NCBI GenBank assembly: GCA_000388065.2
Contig: KB932209.1
Reading direction: 5' to 3' (one strand)
DNA: 23,888 bases
DNA from: Fonticula alba ATCC 38817
Lineage: Eukaryota > Protista > Nucleariida
Part shown: piece by piece, positions 1-10,287 of the stretch
How the letters are laid out: every line of letters starts with the position of its first letter
Position numbering within the stretch: the first letter of the stretch is position 1
Translations under genes and position numbers: made by a program
Notes under the pieces: model-generated
Database searches by the model: none
The model's input: only the letters and a program-made list of their open reading frames with translations
What the model was told of the DNA's origin: nothing

Positions 1-365
1 CTCCGAGGCTCCCCGCGGCGCCCCCCGCCCGCCGCCCCCCCACCCCCACCCTCGGCCCATCGCCAAGCAAGGCACGGGCAGCGAATCGGGGCGAGGGAAG
101 GAAGGAGCCGGAAGAGACGCCCCGCGACACCTCACTTCGACCAGCATGGAGGAGGGGCGCACACGCCTGACGATAAATGCCTTTGCTTGGGGGACCGGAG
201 GGCGGGGGCCACAGCCGCGACCCGACGAAGGTCAAGAATGGGTCAACAACAAGGCCAGGCCTTTTTTCGGGAAGACATGCCCTCCCGGGCAGTGGGCAGC
301 GGCCGCCCCGGGCGCTCCTCGCGCCAGAGATTCATAGGCACCATTTGCTGGTCCTGGCGTGTGAT

Positions 366-439
366 GTCCGGATGGTGTAGTCGGTTATCATATCTGTCTT
401 ACACACAGAAGGTCCCCGGTTCGATCCCGGGTCCGGACA
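366..439 (+). tRNA. tRNA-Val-TAC: tRNA-Val, anticodon TAC (UAC), intronless
   Basis: Full cloverleaf: acceptor GTCCGGA(366-372)/TCCGGAC(432-438), discriminator A439; D-arm with AGTCGG; anticodon stem TCTGT/ACAGA with loop CTTACAC (TAC at 400-402); T-arm CCCGG-TTCGATC-CCGGG. Internal A-box and B-box (GGTTCGATCCC) present. Confidence 0.97.
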
Positions 440-442
440 GCG

Positions 443-450
443 TTTATTTT
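443..450 (+). terminator. Probable RNA polymerase III terminator of the tRNA
   Basis: TTTATTTT 3 nt after the tRNA 3' end; contains a T4 run (447-450). Confidence 0.55.
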
Positions 451-887
451 CCCTTGGGTGGTCCGCGCTTTTTGGCCGGCCCTCCGCCTCCGGGGGGGGG
501 GGGGGGCTCCCTCCTGCGCCCGTGCGTGTGTGTGGCTGTGTGCCGGTCCTCGGCCCCTTGTTCGGCGGGGCACTCTCTTTGGGCGTCGCCTATTTTCCGC
601 CCCGGCCAGCGGGAGGGCTCTCTCTCACGGATTACGCACAACCAGGGGTCGGGTGCACACGGCATTGTCATTGCTCCATTATTTCTTTTCCCTCTCGAGC
701 TCTCCCCCCCCGTGCTCTGCTCCATGTCCATCGATCTTGGCCGTCCCCCTTGGGCGTGCTCACTTGCCCCCCCCCCCCCCCCCCCCTTTTCTCGTCGGCT
801 TCCTCCCACAAGAAGCCTCCTGCCATGGATGCGAGGCGAGGAGGAAGGGACGACACACGCCACACGCGACCGGGGGAGGAGTGGTCG

Positions 888-893
888 TTTATT
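888..893 (-). promoter_or_regulatory. Possible polyadenylation signal (AATAAA) for gene A
   Basis: tttatt on + = AATAAA on -, about 430 nt downstream of the gene A stop, in an A-rich stretch of the minus strand. Confidence 0.35.
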
Positions 894-1321
894 TGGTTTC
901 TTTTCTTTTTTTCGCATGTTCACTTTGTTGACAGCGTGTGTGTCGTCGTTGGCTTTTGGTCGCGGCCTCCGAGGGGCGGCGAGCCCACCGTGTCCCGCTC
1001 TGCCCCCCTCCCCCTCCCCCCAGGGGGGTGGGAGCTTGAAGGTGGGGTGGGGGGGGGGGGGGTGCGCCGGCGCAACGCGGCCCAGCCTGAACTCAGGCGG
1101 AGGAAACGGGAAATGGGGCGGGGGGAGAGGAGGGAAGAGACGGGATGGGGCGCCGACCGAAGGAGGAAAGGCTGGCACCGGAGCCGGGCAACTGAGTCCG
1201 GCGCCGGCGTCGGGGGAGGGACAATCGAGGAGGCGGACTCGATGAAATCCACCAGCAGGGAGGAGCAAGCCCAACGAAGCCAGGGGGGCACAGTGGGGAG
1301 CTGGACAGGGGCTCCCGCCGA

Positions 1322-2596
1322 TCAGGGGGAGTCACCGCCAAAGAGGCTGGTCCAGATGAACCCGACAACCGAGGAGATGGCCGAAACCATGGCGCCAAGA
1401 ATGCCCTCCTCGGCCGGCGGGGCAGCCGGGGCCGAGGTATCCGGCACCAGCAGGGCGCCGGAGGGCTTGCCGTCGGTGGGCTTGCCGTCGGCGGGCTTGC
1501 CGTCGGCGGGCTGGGCAGCCACCGGAGCCGGGAAGACCTCCATGGCCGGCTGCGGCGGGCAGTCCGACATCGAGGCCTGGCCCTCCTCCAGGCCGGGGGT
1601 CGAGGTTGCCGCCGGAGTGGCCGAGGCAGGGGGCGCAGGCTCGACGGCCGGCTGCTTCGGGGTATCGGCCACCACGGGCTTCGGCGGGGCGGCCGCGGCA
1701 GCCACCGGCTCCGGGGCAGGGGCGGCAGCCGGAGTGGCAATGACAGTCGGCTCTGGCGGGGGCGTCACCACCGCAGCCGGCGCCGCGGGGGACTCCGCCA
1801 CGGCGGGCTCCGGGACGACGGCCATGCTGAGCGGCCGGGGAGCGGCCACCGGCAAGACCTCCGTATTGGACGGCCCAAACTGGGAGATGTCCGTTGGAGC
1901 GAGAACCATCATGGACTGGGCACGACGGCCGGTCGGTCGAACGGCCGCCTTCCTCCGCAGGGCGCTATTGTCCAGGGAGGAGGTCTGGGCAAAGGAGGTC
2001 AGGACCAGGCAGACGGGCGGCCAGACCCGGGGAAACCGAGGGGTCAGCCCGGAGAGGAAAGCAGAGCGGGCGATTGCGAGGTGGAGGGGGGGGGGGAGGC
2101 GGGGGGGGGATGGTCGATCGTGGGGTGGCAGTCACGGACATACCTTGGGGGGAGCATCAAAGGTCACGGTGCGCAAGGTGGTCGGGGTCGGCAGACGCTC
2201 GGCCTCCGGTGAGGGAGGGAACTCCGAGTCCGGAGACTTGGGATACGGCTTGGCGCCAGGGACACCCAGGGGGAACTACGAAAAAGGGAGGTCAGAGGAG
2301 CCGGAGGAAGTGGCGCGCAAAGCATGAGAGAGAGAGCGCGCGCGCGCGCGGCGGAAAAGGAGAGACCGAGGAGAAAGAACGCACGCTGATCTTGGCCGCA
2401 AGTTTGGCGATGTTGGCGCTGACTTTGACATTGGAGGCAGTGCCGTCGGGATTAAGGTGTGGCGAGCTCTGTGGGCGTCGAGCAAAAAAAGGAAAACACG
2501 AGAGGCAAGAGGAGCGGGGCGGAAGCCGGAAAATGGGTTAATAGCCGGAGGGACGTCAATGGGTGGCCACACAGGCACCTGCGGTGAACCTACCAT
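1322..2596 (-). CDS. Gene A: 293-aa Pro/Ala-rich, largely disordered protein with a CPI-like motif and a hydrophobic C-terminal helix (hypothetical)
   Basis: Exons 2596-2594 (ATG), 2468-2385 (SSPHLNPDG...SANIAKLAAKIS), 2275-2144 (FPLGVPGAKPY...FDAPPK), 1984-1322 (TSSLDNSALRRKAAVRPTGRRAQSMMVL...GFIWTSLFGGDSP*). Donors GTAGGT, GTGCGT, GTATGT; acceptors CAG, TAG, CAG with TTAAC/CTGAC branch motifs. All introns are phase 0 (125, 109, 159 nt) and the total of 882 nt is in frame. Confidence 0.72.
1463..1507 (-). repeat. 15-nt coding tandem repeat x3 encoding (A/T)DGKP
   Basis: gggcttgccgtcggt/c three times on +; protein ADGKPADGKPTDGKP. Confidence 0.85.
2326..2350. repeat. Compound (GA)n(CG)n microsatellite in gene A intron 2
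   Basis: gagagagagagcgcgcgcgcgcgcg. Confidence 0.8.
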
Positions 2597-2706
2597 AGTG
2601 GATGGGGGTCGAGGGGGCGGGCAGCGTCCGTCGGGAAACGCGCAGCGGTGGCGGCGGAACAGCGAAAAGGCGAGGAGAGGAGCAGGACAGCAGGGGCAGG
2701 TCGGGC

Positions 2707-2961
<255 letters not shown>

Positions 2962-3397
2962 CTTTTGCAAAGGCAAGAGGCGGGTAGGGAGGGGGGAAGG
3001 AGAGCTTGGGAAAACCGGGTGACTCCGAGGCTCGATCCACACGCCGGCGGCATGGTGGCTGAAAAGTGTGTGGCATGCCAAGACCCCTCTGAGCCGTGGG
3101 GGGGGGGCGCCGGGGGAGCGCGGTCTGCCCCCATCCGGGCCCTTCTCCTCCGAGGAGGGGGGGGGACTCCTCAGGCACAATGAGAGGGAAGCACGGAGTG
3201 ACGCTGGTCGGGGGGAAAAAAAGGAATTGAGACGACACCAGGCCGGCCCTCAGCCAGGGACGGTGCGATGCGTCACCCCTTTGAGGGGCGTGCTCAGCAG
3301 GCAGTCGCGAACCCTCGGGGATGGGAAAGAGCGATGCGCGCGAGGCGGAAGGCCACGCAGAGAAGGAAGAGACCCTGCGAGGGCGAGAGCAGGTCAA

Positions 3398-3429
3398 GAT
3401 GGATGGATGGATGGATGGATGGATGGATG
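3398..3429. repeat. (GATG)8 tetranucleotide microsatellite
   Basis: gatggatggatg... for 32 nt. Confidence 0.95.
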
Positions 3430-4360
3430 CCAGGGGGAGGGTACACTCATCACAGCCCAGGGACGCCCGGCACAACCTGGGGCGATCGCGAAATCCCGCC
3501 CTCCCGACGGGCAAACTCCCATACCAAATGGGATGCAAGGAGCGCGCAGGCCCTTTTGCGCATCCTCCACAGGAGTGCCCTTCGCCGGCGTCCCAAGTCG
3601 TGCTGCACCCCTCTTCCCGGCGCGCGCACACACACACGCTGAGGCGGACGCGGTGATGAATGTGCCAGTCCAATATACGGCCGGCCAGCATCGAGGTTCA
3701 CCAGGCGCGCCATTCCTCTCGCCGGGGCGGCCTAGATGCTAGGATCGGGCGCCAGGGTTTCGGCCCGCATTCACATCCTCTAACAAACTACACTCTTCAT
3801 CGGCGGGCGGGCGGGGGGGGGGGGGGGCCGATCATCAGCCTCCCCCCGCCCACAGCCCCGGCCAAGGATGCAGAGCTCCTCTCCCCCGTCCGAGCCTGGC
3901 GGAACCTGCCGGGGGATCGCCCCGCGGAACACTCAACGCGGGGCTCACTCCCACACACCCCTGCGCCCCCACGGAAGGGGGTCCACCCGCAGACACTCAA
4001 ACGCACACTCATGCACGCACCGAGGCCCGGAAAAGGGGCCGGGAAGGAGAATACCAGACGACGGTGGAATTCGTCAACCCCGTAGAACGCCAGGTCCCGT
4101 GACGCTCCCGTGCAGGGTATATCACGAGCCACGATCCATCTTCAGAACGCCCGCCGCACACCGCGGGGCCCGGCCTGCTCGGTGGGACGCCCCCTCATCG
4201 GCGAGCGGACTGGCGTGGGAGGGGCCGCGCAGCTTTGTCCAGAGATTGCCCCCCCCCCCCCCTGCTCCCCATCACCTCCCCGCCTCCTCCATTTATTTCC
4301 GCCTTTTCTCTCTTCCCCCCCCCCCCTCCCGGCTCTCCCTCTTAGTCTCGCCCAACGGAC

Positions 4361-5733
4361 ATGGTCGACGCCATCCCCGCGCCGTCGGTTGCGCCCCTGC
4401 ATGCGGGCTCGGCGTCGGTGCGCTCGCGACGCCGGGCGGCCGCGCGCGCCGCCCGCGCGGCCTCCGGCGCCGCCGGGGCCAATGCCGCCGCCGATCAAAT
4501 CACCTCCGAGCGACTGGCCACCGCCTGTGACACCATCATCCGGGAGATGATCGCATCCGTCGAGGCCGGTCGGAATGTCAACCTCAATGGTTCGCCCAAC
4601 TGCGCGCATCTCTACATGCCTTTCTCCCTCTCTCTCTCTCTCTCTCTCCCCGGGGCAGCCTGCCGATTCTTGCTCACCTCTTGTCCGCCTGGATCTCCCA
4701 CCGGTAGCCTTGAAGTCTCGCGTCTCCCGCGACATGGGCCTCGCCTCGCAGCCGAAGTTGGTGGACCTGATTGCGGCCATCCCGGCCGCGCACCGGGCGG
4801 CCCTCCTACCGCGCCTGCGTGCGAAGCCCATCCGCTCGGCATCCGGCGTGCGTGCTCCCTTTTGCCGGGCCGCCTTGCACGCGCTGCTGCCCCCACCAAC
4901 TGATGCTCACCGCTCCATCACGGCCATGGCGCCTTTTGCTGTCCCTTTTGCCTCCCCTGCGCCCCCCCCCCTCTCCTCCTCCTGTCGGGCCCGCTGCCCG
5001 CAGGTCGCCGTCGTGGCCGTCATGTGCAAGCCCCACCGCTGCCCCCACATCGCCCTCACCGGGCACATTTGCGTCTACTGCCCCGGTGGCCCGGACTCCG
5101 ACTTCGAGTACAGCACCCAATCGTACACCGGCTACGAACCGACCAGCATGCGCGCCATCCGGGCACGCTACGATCCCGGGGCCCAGGTGGCCGGTCGCGT
5201 GGCGCAACTTCGCGGCCTCGGGCACAATGTCGACAAGGTGGAGTTTGTCCTCATGGGCGGCACCTTCATGTCCCTGCCGCTGGCCTACCGGAATGCCTTC
5301 ATTCGAGACCTTCATGATGCCCTGACCGGGCGGTCTTCCAGCACCGTGCAAGAGGCCGTGGCCCTGGCCGAGCACAGCCGCGGGGCCAAGTGCGTCGGCT
5401 TGACGATCGAGACTCGGCCGGACTACTGCCTCGGCGCGCACCTCGGCCAGATGCTGACATACGGCTGCACCCGGCTGGAGATCGGCGTCCAGAGTGTCTA
5501 CGAGGACGTGGCCCGGGACACCAATCGCGGCCACACGGTCCAGGCCGTGTGCGAGTCCTTCGAGATGTCCAAGAATGCCGGCTTCAAGGTGGTGGCCCAT
5601 ATGATGCCCGACCTGCCGAACGTCGGCTGGGAGCGCGACTACGAACAGTTTGTGGTGCGCTCCCTTGTCGCCCCCCTTTGTCGGCCGCTTCATTTCCCTC
5701 CCGCTTCTTCCTCCTCTCTCTCTTCCTCTCTCT

Positions 5734-5766
<33 letters not shown>

Positions 5767-7097
5767 GCGCATGTGCGGTCGTCTTGCCCATCCTGCGGCG
5801 GCATTGCTGACCACCATGGCTCCTGCCGTCGCCCTTTCCGCAGGAGTTCTTCTCCAACCCTGCCTTCCGGCCGGATGGTCTGAAGCTCTACCCGACGCTG
5901 GTCATCCGTGGCACCGGGCTGTATGAGCTCTGGCGCACTGGGCGCTATAAGAACTACCCGCCCGATGTGCTGGTCGACCTGACCGCTCGGATTCTGTCTC
6001 TCGTCCCGCCTTGGACCCGTGTATACCGTGTTCAGCGGTGCGTCCTCAAGCTGCCAGGGTCTCCCCCCCCCCCCCCCCCCCCATCCCCATGTGCTAATGT
6101 GCCCCTCCCCTGTTCTCCCTCCCCCCCCCCTCCCTCCTTTCTCCTTGCCCCGCTGTCGAAAGTGACATTCCCATGCCCCTGGTGTCCTCCGGTGTGGAGC
6201 ACGGCAACCTCCGCGAGTTGGCTCTGGCCCGAGTGCGCGAGCTCGGCCTGGCCTGCCGCGATGTGCGCACCCGTGAAATCGGCATTGCCACCATCCGGGA
6301 CTCGGTTAACCGCATTCGTGGCCAGGCTCCGATCCCGAGCGAGGCCGACCGCGCGGCGGCCCTTGACCAGGCCGCCGCCCGTGCCGAGGCCCGGCCTGTG
6401 TGCGAGCTCATCCGGCGTGACTACACCGCCAACGGCGGATGGGAGACCTTCCTCTCGTACGAGGAGACCGAGCGCGATGTCCTGGTACGCCCGTGCCTCA
6501 CCCCGCCGCATGCCATGCTCCTCGCCCTTTGGGCCTCGCCTTTCCCCGCCCCCCCCCCCCCCTCCCTCCCCCCTCCTCTAACTCTCGGCAATCGCGCTCG
6601 ACATCCAGGTTGGCCTCCTGCGCCTGCGCAAGTGTGGCCCCTCGACAACCGGCCCGGAGCTCACCCTGCCGGAGGGCGGCTACAGTTCCGCGCACGATCT
6701 CGAACATGGTGCCGCCTGGGGCGGTGTGTCCATCGTCCGAGAGCTCCATGTGTACGGCGATGCTGTGGCCGTTCACGACCACGGGGCTGGGCGTTCCAAT
6801 GCCGGCGTTTCACCGGACGAGGCCGTGTCGGCCGGTGCGCCTCAACAACACCGCGGTTTTGGAGCCATGCTGCTGGCGGAGGCGGAGCGCATCGCTCGCG
6901 ATGAGCACCGCGCCCGCAAGCTGGCCATCATTGCCGGCATCGGGACCCGGCACTACTACCGGCGCCTGGGCTACGAGCTCGATGGGCCCTACATGAGCAA
7001 GTGGCTGGCCCCGCCGGCCGAGCTGGCTGGCCCGACTGACTTGCTTCCCGAGGGCGACTCCCTTCGTGAGGAGGATTTCCTTGTAGATGCCCTTTGA
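4361..7097 (+). CDS. ELP3: Elongator complex protein 3 (radical SAM + KAT; tRNA U34 carboxymethyltransferase), 674 aa
   Basis: Exons 4361-4589, 4708-4847, 5004-5654, 5844-6037, 6163-6484, 6609-7097 (2025 nt, in frame). Hallmark motifs: AKPIRSASG|[16 protein letters not shown], radical-SAM cysteines CKPHRC...[75 protein letters not shown]|[31 protein letters not shown]. Confidence 0.97.
4628..4649. repeat. (CT)n microsatellite in ELP3 intron 1
   Basis: ctctctctctctctctctctc(c). Confidence 0.85.
5736..5763. repeat. (CA)14 microsatellite in ELP3 intron 3
   Basis: cacaca... run preceded by a CT-rich tract. Confidence 0.9.
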
Positions 7098-7498
7098 GTG
7101 TGCAAACACCGTGAGCACGAGGGGCTTGAAGGAAATCCCGAAAAATAGACCACCGAAGCATAGGCAAGAGCACATCTAGCCCCGTGGCCGGGGGGAGGGG
7201 AGGGGCAGAGGGGAGGAAGGAAGGCGCAACAGTGTATTTATCTAAATTGGAAATCTAACATGTTGCGCGCGTGCGCCGGAGGGGGAAAGAGGTGAGGGGG
7301 CAGGCGAGGGAGGAATGGGGTGCGCCATCCTCCCGCCCCGGCACAGGCGTGGTCGCCGCATTGATCAAGGACAGAGAGGGGGGAGGGGGGAAGGGGAAGG
7401 GGAGAGAAAGGCAAGGGAAGAAGGGGCTGCCCGATGGGACCAGGCATGGCCCTTGCATCAGGCGAGGGGGGGGGGGGGGGGGGGGAGCGCGGCCGGCC

Positions 7499-7501
<3 letters not shown>

Positions 7502-7531
<30 letters not shown>
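7502..7531. repeat. (GT)15 microsatellite between the convergent ELP3 and SEL1L-like genes
   Basis: gtgtgt... for 30 nt. Confidence 0.95.
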
Positions 7532-7533
<2 letters not shown>

Positions 7534-7591
7534 AAAAGAGGCTCCATGATGAGGACGCTGGAGGGAAGCAGGAGAAGAAGACGCGGCACAC

Positions 7592-7953
7592 CTACAATGC
7601 ATCATCGCCATCTCCATCACCCCAGTCGGCGTCGGTGGTCCAAACAACACCAGACCGGTCGGTTTGGAAGGCGCGCGTGTCGGGGCGAGGCGCGGCATCG
7701 GCGGCCGGTCCGGCTGCCGGCCGCTCGGCGAGAGAGTCCCCCGAGGCAGGGGACCCCCCCTCGGGTCGGCCATGCAGCAGGTCCCGACGGAGGTACTCCC
7801 GCAGGAAGAGCAATCCCACCACCAGCAGACCGAGGGAAATGATGAAGGCATCATCGGACAGCAGGGCCACCACGCGCTGGAAGGTCCACGCGGAGGTGGC
7901 AGCGGCAGAAGCCGGGTCGATGGCCGGGATCTTCCCGCCAGCCACCGGACCAT

Positions 7954-8003
<50 letters not shown>

Positions 8004-10255
8004 GGGGTGAAGAGGGTCCACCGGCGCCCGGCGACCAAGGAAGCCAGGAACTTCTCGGCCCCGGCGGCGGCCTGCTCATCCACCAGCCCCGGGGCCACCA
8101 GCCAGCGAAGAAGGCGCCAGCCGGTGCGCGGCAGGCTCCATGGAGCCAGGGCGCGGATACTGAGCAATCCGCTCAGGGTGAGGTCATGCGGACGGAAGCC
8201 CTCCGGCAGTTCCGGGTCCGGCAAATCAATGCCAAAGAGCCAAACCAGCAACTGCCGGGATCGCTGGAGAAGTACCGCTGCAGGGGAGCTGTGCAGGGCA
8301 ATGCGCTGGTGCAGGGGGACCGTCCCGGTGGCCAGGGCCAGTGGATTGGGCCACCAACTCCAGGTGAGCATGGTCCCGAGCCCGGCCCCGGCGCCCGTGG
8401 CCGCGGGCTCCGCAATCAGACCCACATGTGCCAAGGTGCGCAGCAGGAAGAGCCACACCCGAGCCAGGAGAATGGCCAAGTGGGAATCGGGCTCGGCGCG
8501 ACGTGACAGCGACAGCAAGATGGACGCCGTGGCTAGGTCCGGCTGCACGATATCCGGATTGTAGGGACCGGCAGCGGCCGGGCCACGGTCCGGGGACCGC
8601 GTCGGCGACCCCTGCCACAGTCCAACCACCCGTAGGAGGTATCCAAGAAGATGTTCCACCAGGTCGGACATCGGCCATGGCAGCCAGCGTGCCAGGCGCA
8701 TCGGCAGTGGCACTCGCGGGGCCGGGGCCTCGGGCCCGCTGGGACCGGTGTTCGGGAGCACCGGTCCCACCGGCGTGCCCTCCGCCACCGGGACAATGTC
8801 CCGGCACCAGCCAGTGGCATGCATCCGAGCCAGGGTGAAGAGAGCCTCGCCGCTGGGGCGAGCGAAGCCGCCATACGGGCCACCGCGCCCGGTCCCTCCA
8901 GCTGCCAGCTGGTCGACACCCTGCAACAGCGAGACCCCATCGCCGATGGGGGGATCGGGCTCCCGCGCGGGCAGCCCATCGAAGAACCCCCCCTCGAGCC
9001 AATGCGTGCGAGTGTGGTTCTGAATGCCACTGCCCACCAGCAGGTCCGGGGTGATGTAATCCCCGGCCACATTGTACGGCAGGGCCGGCCAAAAGTCCAA
9101 CACATCAAGCTCGCGTGCCGACAGGGCCAGCTGCATGCCGCCGGATTGGGCCGAGCCAGCACCCCCGGCGGAATCGAACAAGGCGCCCCCCGACCGACCG
9201 CCAATGCCCATCCCAATGGCCGGATGGTTGAAGACCAGCGGCGAGTACCGGTCAATACCGGCCGCTCCAAAGAGGGAGGCCAAGCTCGCGCCACATAGGC
9301 TCCGGCGCGCGATGGCCAAATGCGTGGCCTCGGTGTGGGCAGAGGCTGGGCCGCCCGAGGTCAGGTCTGCTTGGCGGGCGGCTGCCAGCGCCGGGGCCAG
9401 CGCATCGGCCGCCGCCACCAGGCTCTCGGCCAGGGTGTTCCGCGCGATCGGGCAGCCAGCATGCGCGGCCCGGCGCCAGAAGGCCAACTCGGCCGCGGTG
9501 GCTCGATCGTCGGCTGCCGAGAAAACCCCCAGATCATGGGGACCGGCCAGGGGATTGGCCCCGCCGGCGGCTTGCTGCAAACGGTCGCGCTCCCGAACCG
9601 CCGGCCCGAGGCCCAATCGCAGCAGCGACGACGGGCATGCCAACACCGACACCCCGGCCCGGGCACATGCCACCCGAGTGAAGTAGTCAGCCAGATGTGC
9701 ATGGCCATACACAGCGGCCGGGGTGGACAAGGCCAGCGGAGGGATGACCAGCGGCGATGCCGGCAACAGGGGAGCCGTCTTGGACCCGGGCTCGGTGGCC
9801 ATGGAGACTTGAGACCGCAGCGCAGCCAGGGTATGCGCGGCGCCGTGTGCCGCGCCCGACTGGCTGGCCCCGACCTCCGACAGGGCGGCCAGCATGCGGT
9901 GCGCCGGCCCGAAGAACCCTCGGGCGATGCCCTCATGCACGCGCTCCGGCCAGGGGCGCGTTGTGTCCAGGTGCTTGAGAATCTGATTGATGGCAAGCCG
10001 ATACAGCTGTTGCACGTGGAGACCGAAAAGGAGCGCAGCAAACACAGAGATAGGGAGAGACGGAGAGACGGAGAGACGGAGAGAGAGGAAAGCAGGGAGG
10101 GAGAGACGCGGAGGCACAGAAACACAACTGAAGCCAGAGGAAACAACAAGAGCGCCAGGAAAGCGTCAGCGACCCGGGCAAATGGGAGGACATGGCTTGA
10201 TATCCATGATCCTGCGGGGAGACCAGACGGAAGGTGGGCGAAGAAGGGAGGAAAT

Positions 10256-10287
<32 letters not shown>

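Noticed and set aside
920-1321. In-frame open reading after the gene A TGA (possible stop readthrough, 133 aa)
   Set aside because: The context TGA-TCG is not a known readthrough signal, the extension is low-complexity, and long stop-free runs are common at this GC level.
522-2327. 601-aa + strand ORF
   Set aside because: Antisense shadow of gene A in GC-rich DNA; it runs through G-run and simple sequence and has no recognisable motifs, while the minus strand has coherent exons and splice signals.
3200-3330. Hairpin-rich segment ending in T7 on the minus strand (possible Pol III ncRNA)
   Set aside because: No convincing A/B box and no SRP, RNase P/MRP, U6 or U3 signature.
4575-5810. 411-aa ORF as a complete ELP3
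   Set aside because: It fuses parts of introns 1-3 with exons 2-3; the true gene needs six exons from 4361 to 7097.
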